From positions 256,102-320,101 of the forward strand of contig JAZJZX010000002.1 in the NCBI GenBank assembly GCA_040389445.1: a stretch of 64,000 nucleotides of DNA. The letters are read 5' to 3'. The stretch's first letter is position 1; every line of letters begins with the position of its first letter. Shown piece by piece: positions 29,699 to 38,949 of the stretch. The translations under genes were made by a program, and so were the position numbers. Under the pieces are notes generated by a model, which made no database searches, was not told the DNA's origin, and was given only the letters and a program-made list of their open reading frames with translations. Source of the DNA: Chloroflexota bacterium. Lineage in GTDB: Bacteria; Chloroflexota; Limnocylindria; Limnocylindrales; CSP1-4.

Positions 29699-29878
29699 TC
29701 AGGGCTTGCGCCGGCGTCGTCGCCTGGGTGGCGTTTCGGCTGCCTTGGCCTGCGCGTCCTGAATTTGCTTGAAGACCTTGCCCATGCCGGCGTTCATCAG
29801 AGCCCGACGCTCGGCTTCGAGGTCGTGGTCCCGGCGCCGGATCCGCTCAGCTTCGCGAGGGTCGATCTCGTCGGACAC
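29699..29878 (-). CDS. possible 59-aa basic small protein (VSDEIDPREAERIRRRDHDLEAERRALMNAGMGKVFKQIQDAQAKAAETPPRRRRRKP) upstream of the kinase
   Basis: Intact ORF with GTG start in an otherwise unassigned 400-bp gap, same strand as the kinase-DUF3037 pair. Below the 60-aa cutoff of the track. No homology support. Confidence 0.2.
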   Translation of the reverse strand: MSDEIDPREAERIRRRDHDLEAERRALMNAGMGKVFKQIQDAQAKAAETPPRRRRRRKP

Positions 29879-30042
29879 GGGTCACCTGCGCGAGCTGGGC
29901 CACTTGAACGCCGCCGCATCGGGGCGTGGTGCAGGAACAGCAATCGGATGCATGCCGCCAGCATAGACTGGCGGCCTGGGACCAGGTCCTGCGGGTCGTG
30001 GCAGCTCGCGACCGCGTCACGGACGGGGCAGGGAGGATCGGG

Positions 30043-30549
30043 ATGTCGATTGCGGAGAGCATTGCCAGGGCGAGCGCCTACCTGACGGCCCACCCGGATG
30101 AAGCACGCTATCGGGATGGCGCTGCACATGCTCGACTCGTGGCCGGACTGGCCGTCGAGACCACCGGTCCGACCGGCGAGCTGCTGCGAACGGATATGCC
30201 GCAGGGCATCGGCGGAACTGCCTCGGCGCCATCTCCCGGGTGGTATCTGCGGGCGGCAACCGCATCATGCGTCGTCGCGCTCATCGCCATCCGTGCGGCC
30301 GCGACCGGAATCCTCATCGGTGCCGTCGACGTCCGCGTAGACAGCGAATCGGACGATCGAGGCATCCTCGGCCTGGATCCGGACATCGTGGCCGGTGCGC
30401 TCTCGATGAAGATCGTCGTCTCGATCGCTGCCGTGGGTCAGTCGCAGGCGGCCCTGGACGAGCTGGGTCGCTGGGCCATCGACCATTGCCCGGTGTCAGA
30501 CACCGTACGTCGCGCGGTGCCGGTGGAAGTCGAGATCCACGCCACATAG
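30043..30549 (+). CDS. OsmC/Ohr-family peroxiredoxin-like protein
   Basis: OsmC fold pattern with two conserved Cys regions (…YLRAATASCVVALIAI… and …IDHCPVSDTV…); RBS GGGAGGA before ATG 30043. Confidence 0.75.
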   Translation: MSIAESIARASAYLTAHPDEARYRDGAAHARLVAGLAVETTGPTGELLRTDMPQGIGGTASAPSPGWYLRAATASCVVALIAIRAAATGILIGAVDVRVDSESDDRGILGLDPDIVAGALSMKIVVSIAAVGQSQAALDELGRWAIDHCPVSDTVRRAVPVEVEIHAT

Positions 30550-30641
30550 CGGTTTCGGGAAAGCGTTCCAGGCGGTCGACCGGTGCTCAGGCACCCGGAG
30601 TGGGTGCGCCGCGCGGATGACCGCCCGGCAGGACGATGGGC

Positions 30642-30946
30642 TACTGGCCGCCAGAGACTGCAGGGACGATGTGGACATCGGATCCGGGAGCCACCTCCGT
30701 GTCCAGGGTGGCCCGTTCACCGGCCACGTACACGTTGAGGTGCGTTCGGACGGCCGGACCGGCGTCGATGAGGCGGTCTCGAATGCCGGGGAACGGCTTC
30801 TCGAGCGCGTCGATGACCTCACGGACCGTGGAGCCGGCGACATCGACCTGCCGCTCGCCGCCCGGAAACAGGGCAACGAGGCTTCGCGGAAGGTGGACGC
30901 GAACCGCCGTGCGCGGGGCCGGCGTCGTCCGAGCCGGATCAGTCAA
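30642..30946 (-). CDS. MoaD/ThiS-like beta-grasp sulfur-carrier-type protein ending in ...VSGGQ
   Basis: C-terminal 85 aa match the MoaD/CysO pattern (VRVHLPRSL...VDVAGSTVREVIDAL...THLNVYVAGERA...HIVPAVSGG). Start uncertain (TTG 30946, 5 nt after the stop of the upstream BNR gene). Confidence 0.5.
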
Positions 30947-32015
30947 GAACGGCCGCCTCAACAGACCAGATCGGCGGCAGGTTCTCGGCCAGGAGCCGCC
31001 ACGTCTGTCCCTCGTCGGCACTTCCGTACAGCTGGCCCGTCGCCGTTCCGAAGTACACCCCGACTGGATTGAGGCGATCCACGGCCATTGCCTCGCGAAG
31101 GACACCGAGATAGGCGTCCTCCTGTGGCAGGCCGTCGCCGGAGCGGATCCAGGAATCGCCCCCGTCGTGCGTCCGCCATACGGCCGCACTTCCTTCGGGC
31201 ATATACCGCCCTCGATCGGCGCCGTTGAGCGGGATCGTCCACACGGTCAGCGGATCGCGCGGGTGCGCCGCCATCGGGAACCCGAACTCGGACGGAAGGC
31301 CCTCCGTGATCTCGTTCCAGTGGAGCCCACCGTCGCTGGAGCGGTAGACGCCGCAATGGTTCTGCTGATAGAGGTGCTCACCGCCGTCGGCGGCCATGAC
31401 CAGCTTGTGCACGCATTGTCCGAAGTCCGGGTACTGGACGGGCGCGAAATCCGCCCGAACGCCGCTGTTTCGGGTCTGCCACGTCATGCCCCCGTCCTGC
31501 GTCTCGAAGGCTCCGACCGCGGAGATCCCGACCCATACACGATCGGGGTCCGATCGATGCGGGACGATCGAGTGGAGGATCAGACCGCCGGCGCCCGGCT
31601 GCCACTCCGGGCGGGTCGGGTGGTTCGTCAGGCCCTCGACGTGCTGCCACGTCGCACCGCCATCGTGACTGCGGAACAGGCCGGCGGGCTCGACGCCCGC
31701 GTAGATCACGCCGTCGGTCGCGGTCACGTTCCAGACCGTCTTGACCTTGGCACCTTCGTCGCCGTAGGTCAGGCCGTCGCTCGAGTGGGTCCAGGTTGCC
31801 CCGATGTCATCGCTGCGCCAGACCGCCGGTCCGTACCACGGGCTGCCGCCCCCGGCGAGGATGGCGCCACGCTTCGGGTCAATCGAGATGTCGTGGATCG
31901 GCCAACCCTCGCACAACGGGCCCCGGAGCCGCCAGTCGCGGCGATCCGCATCGCCGTGAAGGATGAACGCCCCCTTGGGCGTTCCGATGAGCAGGGCCAG
32001 TCGCTGGGTCATCAC
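30939..32015 (-). CDS. BNR/Asp-box repeat beta-propeller protein (Ycf48/sialidase-like fold)
   Basis: Six S-x-D-x-G-x-T-W repeats (SDDIGATW, SHDGGATW, TQDGGMTW, SSDGGLHW, THDGGDSW, SADEGQTW). Confidence 0.7.
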   Translation of the reverse strand: MMTQRLALLIGTPKGAFILHGDADRRDWRLRGPLCEGWPIHDISIDPKRGAILAGGGSPWYGPAVWRSDDIGATWTHSSDGLTYGDEGAKVKTVWNVTATDGVIYAGVEPAGLFRSHDGGATWQHVEGLTNHPTRPEWQPGAGGLILHSIVPHRSDPDRVWVGISAVGAFETQDGGMTWQTRNSGVRADFAPVQYPDFGQCVHKLVMAADGGEHLYQQNHCGVYRSSDGGLHWNEITEGLPSEFGFPMAAHPRDPLTVWTIPLNGADRGRYMPEGSAAVWRTHDGGDSWIRSGDGLPQEDAYLGVLREAMAVDRLNPVGVYFGTATGQLYGSADEGQTWRLLAENLPPIWSVEAAVLD

Positions 32016-32134
32016 ATCCTCCGGCTATCTCGGTTGTTCGCGACTCTACCTGAGAACCGGCACTGCCTGAACGATGAACGTGGTTGCCGAGTGGCAAACA
32101 TTCGCTCCCGGCAGCGGCCTATCATCCGCAGGCA

Positions 32135-32791
32135 ATGGACCCATCCGACATCGCCCTCCGGAACGAGACCTACGGACAGTTCGTCACGCTCGGACGAGCC
32201 CCCACGGCAGGAGAGATTGCCGGCGCGCTCGGCCTGCCGGAAGGCGACGTCCACGCCGGCTGGCGGCGCCTCCATGACGGCCATGCGCTGGTCCTGGATG
32301 CCGCTGGCGAGATTCGGATGCTGAACCCATTCGCGGCTGGGCCGACCCCGTTTCGGGTCGATGCCGCGGGTCGCTCCTGGTACGCCAACTGCGGCTGGGA
32401 CGCCTTCGGGATCGGATCCGCCATGCATGTCGACTCCACGATCCACACGGAGTGCGCCGATTGCCACGAACCGCTCGCCATCACGGTTCGCGACGGGCTT
32501 CCGGAAGACACTGATCTCGTGTTCCACGTCCTCGTTCCGGCGGTCTCGTGGTGGCAGGACATCGGCTTCACCTGAAGCACCATGCTGCTCTTCCGGTCGG
32601 AAGCACATGTCACGAGCTGGCTCAAGGGACGCACGGGCGGAGCCACGATCTCCATCACGAAGCTCGCCGAGCTCTCGAATGCCTGGTGGGGAGATCGGCT
32701 GGCGGCCGAATGGCGACCCCATACGCGCGAAGGGAATCAGGCGATCCTGGATCGACTCGGGCTCACGGATCCGTTCTGGCGCCTCGGGTAG
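32135..32791 (+). CDS. organomercurial lyase MerB-like protein interrupted by a single in-frame TGA (32573-32575): selenocysteine candidate or nonsense pseudogene
   Basis: MerB catalytic Cys-x-x-Asp motif (WYANCGWDAFGIG, compare LYAWCALDTLIFP). The two track ORFs 32084-32575 and 32582-32791 are in the same frame, separated only by TGA plus 2 codons. The combined length of about 218 aa matches MerB, and the TGA falls where MerB has its second catalytic Cys (FCC). Confidence 0.55.
32590..32603 (+). promoter_or_regulatory. small hairpin CUUCCG-GU-CGGAAG starting 15 nt after the in-frame TGA of the merB-like gene (SECIS-like apical stem-loop candidate)
   Basis: 6-bp perfect stem with a GU dinucleotide loop at +21/+22 from the UGA, resembling the SelB-binding apical loop geometry of bacterial SECIS elements. 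Confidence 0.3.
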
Positions 32792-32855
32792 CGGTCGCCG
32801 GTGCCACGCAGCGGGCGCCTATGATCGGGCGCCGCGGGCCGCCGGGGCCGCCCGA

Positions 32856-33254
32856 CTAAGGCTTCTGGTCGCCGCCGTGACGGAGCGGGGGGCTGCCTCC
32901 GTCGCGCGAGGTCCGAACCTCCGACGGCCTCGACGCCTCGGCGGGTCGATGCCACCGCAGCGGGCGTGACAACTCCCGCGTGATTTCGCCCTTTGCCTCC
33001 AGATCGAGCTGGACGGCCTTGCACCACCAGCCGGCCCTCGCCCCACCCGGGAACAGCTCGGCCGGCAGCTTCGGGACGACCGCCTCACGCATCTGGGATT
33101 CCGTCATGCCGGGTGCCGATTCCGGGAGCACGGCGAGCAGCGCGTCGCGCATGGCGTGGTACATGCCTGCGTCCACCGGCGTGCTCTTGCCCGGGTGGTT
33201 GACGTTTTCGATCCTGACACGGTCGGGCTTCGGGCCAGGCTTGTCGTTGGTCAT
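32856..33254 (-). CDS. hypothetical protein (132 aa)
   Basis: Intact ORF with reasonable composition; no recognisable motif. Confidence 0.4.
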   Translation of the reverse strand: MTNDKPGPKPDRVRIENVNHPGKSTPVDAGMYHAMRDALLAVLPESAPGMTESQMREAVVPKLPAELFPGGARAGWWCKAVQLDLEAKGEITRELSRPLRWHRPAEASRPSEVRTSRDGGSPPLRHGGDQKP

Positions 33255-33374
33255 TCGATCCTCCGGTGACCGAGAATACTCGACTGAGCCGACCGGTACC
33301 GTCGATGCCGTGAACGTCGCAGGTCAAAATGCCGTGACAGCGGTGAGACACGCGCGTCAATTGGTCGAACGCCC

Positions 33375-35087
33375 ATGACTTCCTTGACTCCCCCTCCAGC
33401 GGAACGCGGTATTGCCGAGTCGACCGGTACGGTCGCTCGCCATCTCGTTGCGTGGATCCTTGGGCTCGGGCGGAACGCGTGGCTGTTTCCGCTGGATGTG
33501 ACGTTCCGCTTCGTCGGGATTCGCTACGGCTGGCTCAAGGCACTCTTCCAGACGGTGCCGCCGCAGGTTCTGGCCATCACGGGTCGGTTGCGTGCGGAAC
33601 GGGCGGCCTGGCGAGCCCTGCATCGCGTGCCGGCCTATCGTGCACGGCTGCGGAGTGCCGGGATCGATCCGGACCGGCTGCCCCCGGCCGGCATCCTCGG
33701 TGCCGTGCCCGAGACGGACAAGCGCTCCTACATCGATCCGTACGCAATGGAAAGCCGCTGTCTCGATGGTCGGATCACGTTCAAGGGCGTCACGATCGAC
33801 GAATCGAGCGGCTCCACCGGGACGCCCTACAACTGGATCCGTGGTCAGGCCGAGCGGACGGTCGCGCAGCGCAACATCGCATTCTTTGCCCGCTATGCGT
33901 TCGGCGGCGAGGACCTCGTGACGCTGAACGCGTTTTCGATGGGCGCCTGGGCGACAGGCTTCAACATGTCGATCGGGATGACCCGGCACGGACTCGTGAA
34001 GTCGATCGGGCCGGACATTCCGAAGATCCTCTCCTCGCTGCCCATCCTGGGGCCACGCGTCCGCTACCTGATCTGCGGTTACCCGCCGTTCCTCAAGCAT
34101 CTCCTCGACGAGGGCGACCGCGCCGGCTTCCCGTGGGCCGAGTACGAGATGTGCGCCCTCGTGGGCGGGGAGGGGATGGCCGAGGAACTGCGAGACCGGC
34201 TGCTCGAACGGTTCGAGGTCGTCTACTCGGGCTACGGCGCGACCGATCTGGAGATCGGGATGGCCGGCGAATCGCCGGTCAGCGTGGCCATTCGCCGGCT
34301 CGCCCGGGCGCGACCGGACATTCGCGCCGCGCTGTTCGGTGACGACCCACGTCTGCCGATGGTCTTTCAGTACAACCCGCTCATCCACCACCTCGAGGTC
34401 AACGAACTGGGCGAGGTTCTCTGCACCGTGAGCCGCCTCGACCTCATGACGCCGCGCATCCGCTACAACGTGCACGATGCCGGCGGTCTGCTCCCGTTCG
34501 CGTCCGCGCGGCGGGCCCTGGCCGCTTTCGGGATAGATATCCGTTCACTCGGCTCATTGCCCGAGGTCGCCGGCCCACGAGGCCCGTTGCCGTGGTCGGC
34601 GCCGATTCCTCTGCCGTTCGCTTACATCTACGGCCGCCGTGACGCCACGATCAGCGTCATGGGCGCGAACATCTATCCCGAGGACATCGAAACGATCGTG
34701 TACGGCGATCCGGCGCTCGCGCGTCGGCTGGAATCGTTCCTCCTGACGGGCCTCACCGACTCGACCGGGACGCCACGACCGGGAATTGCGCTCGAATTGC
34801 GGGCCCACGAACCGTCCGACCAGTCGCCCGGCGAATCGCTCGGCGAAGGGCGCGACCAGTCGCCCACGGAGCGGCCCGACGAGACAGCCGGCGACGACTG
34901 GCAACAGGGGCTCGCGGCGACGTTCCGCGATCGCCTCAAGGCCCTGAACGCGGACTACCGCGAAGCGCTCCAGGAGTTTCCAGCGGCCATGGAACCAATC
35001 GTGACCGTCCACGCGTTCGGCGACGGCCCGTTCGCAGGAAACGCGGGCCGGATCAAACCTCGCCGGCTCATCCTGCCCCCGGCGTAG
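33375..35087 (+). CDS. adenylate-forming enzyme, phenylacetate-CoA ligase (PaaK) / coenzyme F390 synthetase-like family
   Basis: AMP-binding motif DESSGSTGTP; PaaK-like architecture; 570 aa. Confidence 0.7.
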   Translation: MTSLTPPPAERGIAESTGTVARHLVAWILGLGRNAWLFPLDVTFRFVGIRYGWLKALFQTVPPQVLAITGRLRAERAAWRALHRVPAYRARLRSAGIDPDRLPPAGILGAVPETDKRSYIDPYAMESRCLDGRITFKGVTIDESSGSTGTPYNWIRGQAERTVAQRNIAFFARYAFGGEDLVTLNAFSMGAWATGFNMSIGMTRHGLVKSIGPDIPKILSSLPILGPRVRYLICGYPPFLKHLLDEGDRAGFPWAEYEMCALVGGEGMAEELRDRLLERFEVVYSGYGATDLEIGMAGESPVSVAIRRLARARPDIRAALFGDDPRLPMVFQYNPLIHHLEVNELGEVLCTVSRLDLMTPRIRYNVHDAGGLLPFASARRALAAFGIDIRSLGSLPEVAGPRGPLPWSAPIPLPFAYIYGRRDATISVMGANIYPEDIETIVYGDPALARRLESFLLTGLTDSTGTPRPGIALELRAHEPSDQSPGESLGEGRDQSPTERPDETAGDDWQQGLAATFRDRLKALNADYREALQEFPAAMEPIVTVHAFGDGPFAGNAGRIKPRRLILPPA

Positions 35088-35293
35088 GTTCGTCAAGCGC
35101 AATCTGCAACTGGAGGAGGGAGTCATGGACAGGGGTGTCCTCTAGATGCGGCTGGTGGTGACGGCGCCCGACTACGAGGCGGCCCTGGTGTTCTATCGGG
35201 ACACCTCGTCAAGTGCGGTGCGGGCATGGTCGTCACGGTGACCGCAGCGCCGGGAGCCTGGCAGCAGCTCCGCGAGACCATCCGTGACGAGCG

Positions 35294-37975
35294 TCAGCGC
35301 TTCCCGCCGATGCGGGGAGCGGCGCCGATGCCGGGAATGGCGATCCTGCCCGGCCACGAACCGGGGCCGCGACTATCCTGGGGTCGGCCGAGCAGGTAGC
35401 CCTGGCCGTAGCCGATGCCGAGCTCTCGGAGTGCCTTGAGCTCGGCGGGAGTCTCGATCCCCTCGGCGATCAGCCGGATCTTGCGTTTCACCGCGAAATA
35501 GCCCATGCCGGCGACAAGCGCCTGTCTGGCAGGATCGGCGTTGATCCCGCGGATCAGCCCGATGTCGAGCTTCACGAAGGCCGGCGCGAGTTCGAGAACG
35601 TGGCGCAGCGAGGCGTATCCGGCGCCGGCATCGTCGACCGCGACGCGGACGGTCGGCCCGAGGGTCGCCAGCTCATGGCGAAGCGCCGGGTAGTCCTCGA
35701 TGACCACGTGCTCGGTGATTTCCAGGACGATCCTGCGCACCTGCTCGCGCACCAGTTCGCGGAGTGCCCCCGATCCGATGAGCGCCGGCGACGCGTTCAC
35801 GCTGAGGTAGGCGCCGGCCGGAAGGATGGTCGACGCCTCCAGGGCGGCCCGGAGCGTGGCTACCTCGAGCTCGAGGCCGAGCCCGCATCGCGCCGCCAGG
35901 GCGAAGGTGGCATCGGGTGGAAGGCCGTCCGCAAATCGACTCAGGGACTCGTAGCCCACGATGGTTCCGGAGTGGAACTCGATGATCGGCTGGAAGAACG
36001 GGGCGAACGCCGCGGCGTCCAGGACCCCTTGAATCCTGGCTCGCACATCATCCTCGCGATGGCGTGCCTCGAGGCCGGGCGAGAGCAGCGTCCCGAGGAT
36101 TGAAGCGAGGGTCGTGAGCACCGGCAGCTGGTCCACGAACGCGGGGTCGGGGCGGTCGTGGATCCCCAATCCGACCACGCCGATCACGCCACCATGGCCC
36201 CGCAGTGGTGCGTAGGCCACGGTCTTGAGGCCCGTGGCCGCGACGTCCTCGCCGTACGTGCCGTCCGCGGCACGAGAGCGCCACGCCTCGGTCCAGACGC
36301 CGACCGAGGCGCGCTCCAGGAGGTACTGCGCGCGGGCCGGCGGGATCATCCGGCTGGGAGGGAGCGCGGCGGCGAGCCGGCCCTCGACGGCGAGCACGGA
36401 TCCGTGCTGCTCATCGTCCAGGGCGATGACGAACGCCGAGTCGACGTGCGGCAGGCCGACCATTTCCGCGCAGGCGTCGGCCGCGATCGCCTCGGGCGTG
36501 GAGCCGGGGTCGATCCGCTTGAGCGCCGCCTCGATCGTCTCGCGCTCGCGAGCGCTGTGCTCGAGCTCACTTTCGAGTTCGCGCTCGCGCGTCACGTCTC
36601 GGTCCGTCTGCATGTAGCTCACCAACTGGCCGGCGGCGTTGCGAATCCCCGAGATCACCGCTTCGAGCTCCACCAGCGTGCCGTCCCTGCGACGGTTGAC
36701 GATGAGGCCGGTCCAGGTCTTGCCGGCGGCCACCGAAGCCCAGATCGCATCGAAGAACGCGTGCTCATGGCGGCCGCTGTGGACGATGCCTGCATAGGTA
36801 CCCACGATGTCCTCCGGCTTGTAGCCGTAGACCCGGGTGAACGAGCGATTGACGTACCTCACGATCCCGTCGAGGTCCTGCATCCAGACCGCATCGGCGG
36901 TCTGCTCGAGCGCGGCAAGCAGCCTCGCCCGGTCCTCCTCGGCCGCGACCCGCTCGGTGATGTCCTCCACCGTGCCGACGACGCGGACCGGCGTTCCGTG
37001 CTCGTCGCGAATGACCTCGGCCTTTTCACGAGCAAGCCGGACGCTGCCGTCGGGTCGGATGATCCGGACCTCGTACGAATATTCGCTGCCGCCCCGGATG
37101 GCCACCTCCTCGGCTGCCTGCACGCGGTCCCGATCGTCGGGGTGGACCCGCGCGAGGAACGCCTGGTTCGTCCCTTCGAAGGCGCCCGGCTCGACGCCGA
37201 AGATCCGATGCGCCTCTTCGGAACGTTTGGCCACGCCGGTGCGGAGATCCCATTCCCAGCTACCGATGTGGGCGATCCGCTGCGCCTCCGCGAGGTTGCG
37301 CTCGCTCCGGCGAAGTTCCTCCTGGGCTGCCGCGCGTGCACGGAGGGTGGAGATTCCGAACGCGAGGTCGTCGGCGAGGCCCGCCAGCAACTCCACGTCC
37401 CACGCGGAGAACGCATCCGGTGTGGCCGCGTAGATCACGAGAACCCCGAATGTGTGGTCGTCGGCGCGGAGCGGCAGTGCCAGCGCGGAGGCAAAGCCCC
37501 GGAGCAGAGCTTCCTCCCGCCACGGGGCGAGGTCGGGATCGGTCAGGAAGCTCCCGCCGACCGCCGGGCGACCCGTGCGTATGGCAGTCCCGCTTGGGCC
37601 ACGTCCGAGCGGGCCGTCTCCCCAGCTGACAGAGATCGCACCGAGATAACCGGCCTCGAAGCCCGCCCGCGCCACCGGGCGCACCGTGCGCTCCGGATCA
37701 TCTTCGGCGAAACCTGCCCAGGCGAGTCGGTAGCCGGCCTCGTCCACGGCAATCTCGCAGATCCTGGTGAGGAGCTCTGATTCGTCCCTGGCTTGCAGCA
37801 GCGCCCGCTGTGCTGCCCTGAGGACCACCAGGGCGCGCTCGGAATCAACGCGATCGAGCGCCGGAGCGCCTTGCCTCAAACCACGGGTCGGGTCTCCGTC
37901 CGGAATCGCTCGGGGCACGGACTTGTCGTCCCGCCTGCGCACGGCGCGCCGCGGTGCGGATCCGGACCCTCTCAC
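35294..37975 (-). CDS. multi-sensor signalling protein: GAF - PAS - PAS - GAF - EAL (c-di-GMP phosphodiesterase), no GGDEF
   Basis: PAS motifs (…GSWEWDLRTG…, …DGIVRYVNRSFTRVYGYKPEDIVG…); EAL domain signature (EITEHVV ... DDAGAGYASL ... KLDIGLIRG ... IAEGIETPAE ... GYGQGYLLGRP). Confidence 0.8.
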   Translation of the reverse strand: MRGSGSAPRRAVRRRDDKSVPRAIPDGDPTRGLRQGAPALDRVDSERALVVLRAAQRALLQARDESELLTRICEIAVDEAGYRLAWAGFAEDDPERTVRPVARAGFEAGYLGAISVSWGDGPLGRGPSGTAIRTGRPAVGGSFLTDPDLAPWREEALLRGFASALALPLRADDHTFGVLVIYAATPDAFSAWDVELLAGLADDLAFGISTLRARAAAQEELRRSERNLAEAQRIAHIGSWEWDLRTGVAKRSEEAHRIFGVEPGAFEGTNQAFLARVHPDDRDRVQAAEEVAIRGGSEYSYEVRIIRPDGSVRLAREKAEVIRDEHGTPVRVVGTVEDITERVAAEEDRARLLAALEQTADAVWMQDLDGIVRYVNRSFTRVYGYKPEDIVGTYAGIVHSGRHEHAFFDAIWASVAAGKTWTGLIVNRRRDGTLVELEAVISGIRNAAGQLVSYMQTDRDVTRERELESELEHSARERETIEAALKRIDPGSTPEAIAADACAEMVGLPHVDSAFVIALDDEQHGSVLAVEGRLAAALPPSRMIPPARAQYLLERASVGVWTEAWRSRAADGTYGEDVAATGLKTVAYAPLRGHGGVIGVVGLGIHDRPDPAFVDQLPVLTTLASILGTLLSPGLEARHREDDVRARIQGVLDAAAFAPFFQPIIEFHSGTIVGYESLSRFADGLPPDATFALAARCGLGLELEVATLRAALEASTILPAGAYLSVNASPALIGSGALRELVREQVRRIVLEITEHVVIEDYPALRHELATLGPTVRVAVDDAGAGYASLRHVLELAPAFVKLDIGLIRGINADPARQALVAGMGYFAVKRKIRLIAEGIETPAELKALRELGIGYGQGYLLGRPQDSRGPGSWPGRIAIPGIGAAPRIGGKR

Positions 37976-38212
37976 GCCAGGCCTTTCGCGCCCGGGGTAT
38001 CGCTATATGGTTGTGTGCCCTGTGGGTGCCTGATCTGCGTCCGCCCTTCGAGCCAGACGCTCGCACATGGCGAGCTCTCATCGCGCGCTCATCTATCAGC
38101 CTAACGCCAAATGGCAATGGACGGTATGGTCAAATGTCCAAAGGTTCGGGGTACGGAAACCTGGCACGGCTAATCCGACGCAGCCACACGCTCGGCCGGC
38201 GCGGCCGGGCCC

Positions 38213-38821
38213 TCAAGCGGCGTGGTCCTCGGCAAGTCGCTCGCCGGCCTCAATGCGAACCGGGAGCCGGTTCTCGGCGGGGGTCAACGGGCACGAGAAG
38301 CGCATGTCGTACACGCAGGACGGGTGGTAGGCGAGGTTGAAGTCGACGGTGTACGTGCCGTCATCCTCGGGCTCGATGTCCAGGTATCGCCCGGCGCCGT
38401 ACGTCTCGATCCCCGTGGTCCCGTCCAGGAACGGCACGAAGACGGACGTCGATGAGCTGCCCTCGAAGGTGTAGGCCGTGAGCGAGCACGGTACCGACCC
38501 GACCTTGAAGCGGAGTGTGCCGGCACGGGCGGCCGGTCGCAGGCGATTGTCCGAGGTCGGAATGCTGAACCTCGCCGGCTCATTCCCGGCGTAGGGTTCG
38601 AGGGTCAGCCCCTCGAAGACCAGCGACTCGTCGACGTCGAAGTAGGCGAGGCCGCCAAACCCGGCCCGATCTGCCGGCGGCAGCGGGCTGCCGGCACCGG
38701 TCCGGAAATAGTCGTCCTTGTCCTCACGGAAGCCACGGATCGCGTCCGCGTACTCGACGGGTACATGGTCGTGGTGATCGTGCTCGTGCTCGTGCTCGTG
38801 GTGATGGTGGTTGTCGGACAT
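38213..38821 (-). CDS. DUF1684-family protein with His/Glu-rich N-terminus (MSDNHHHHEHEHEHDHHDH...)
   Basis: DUF1684-like conserved core (…AIRGFREDKDDYF…). Start at ATG 38821; the longer track ORF upstream is Arg/Pro-rich junk. Confidence 0.6.
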   Translation of the reverse strand: MSDNHHHHEHEHEHDHHDHVPVEYADAIRGFREDKDDYFRTGAGSPLPPADRAGFGGLAYFDVDESLVFEGLTLEPYAGNEPARFSIPTSDNRLRPAARAGTLRFKVGSVPCSLTAYTFEGSSSTSVFVPFLDGTTGIETYGAGRYLDIEPEDDGTYTVDFNLAYHPSCVYDMRFSCPLTPAENRLPVRIEAGERLAEDHAA

Positions 38822-38949
38822 CGATGGCTCCTGCGGCGTGGCGCCATTGTGACCGCCGTGATGGGAGACCGCAGGTGGCGTACGGAAGCCGGGTGCGGCT
38901 CCGAACCAGCCGCGCCGCACGCGAGCGCCGGCCGGTATCGTGTACGCGC

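Noticed and set aside
35147-35400. Possible VOC/glyoxalase-like fragment (MRLVVTAPDYEAALVFYRDT...) in the 35088-35293 gap
   Set aside because: Only about 20 residues resemble the family before the frame collapses, and the continuation overlaps the 3-prime end of the EAL gene. Too weak to call even as a pseudogene.
38090-38190. Locally AT-richer stretch in the 37976-38212 gap
   Set aside because: Most simply the promoter and 5-prime UTR region of the minus-strand EAL sensor gene. No conserved structure or ORF recognised.
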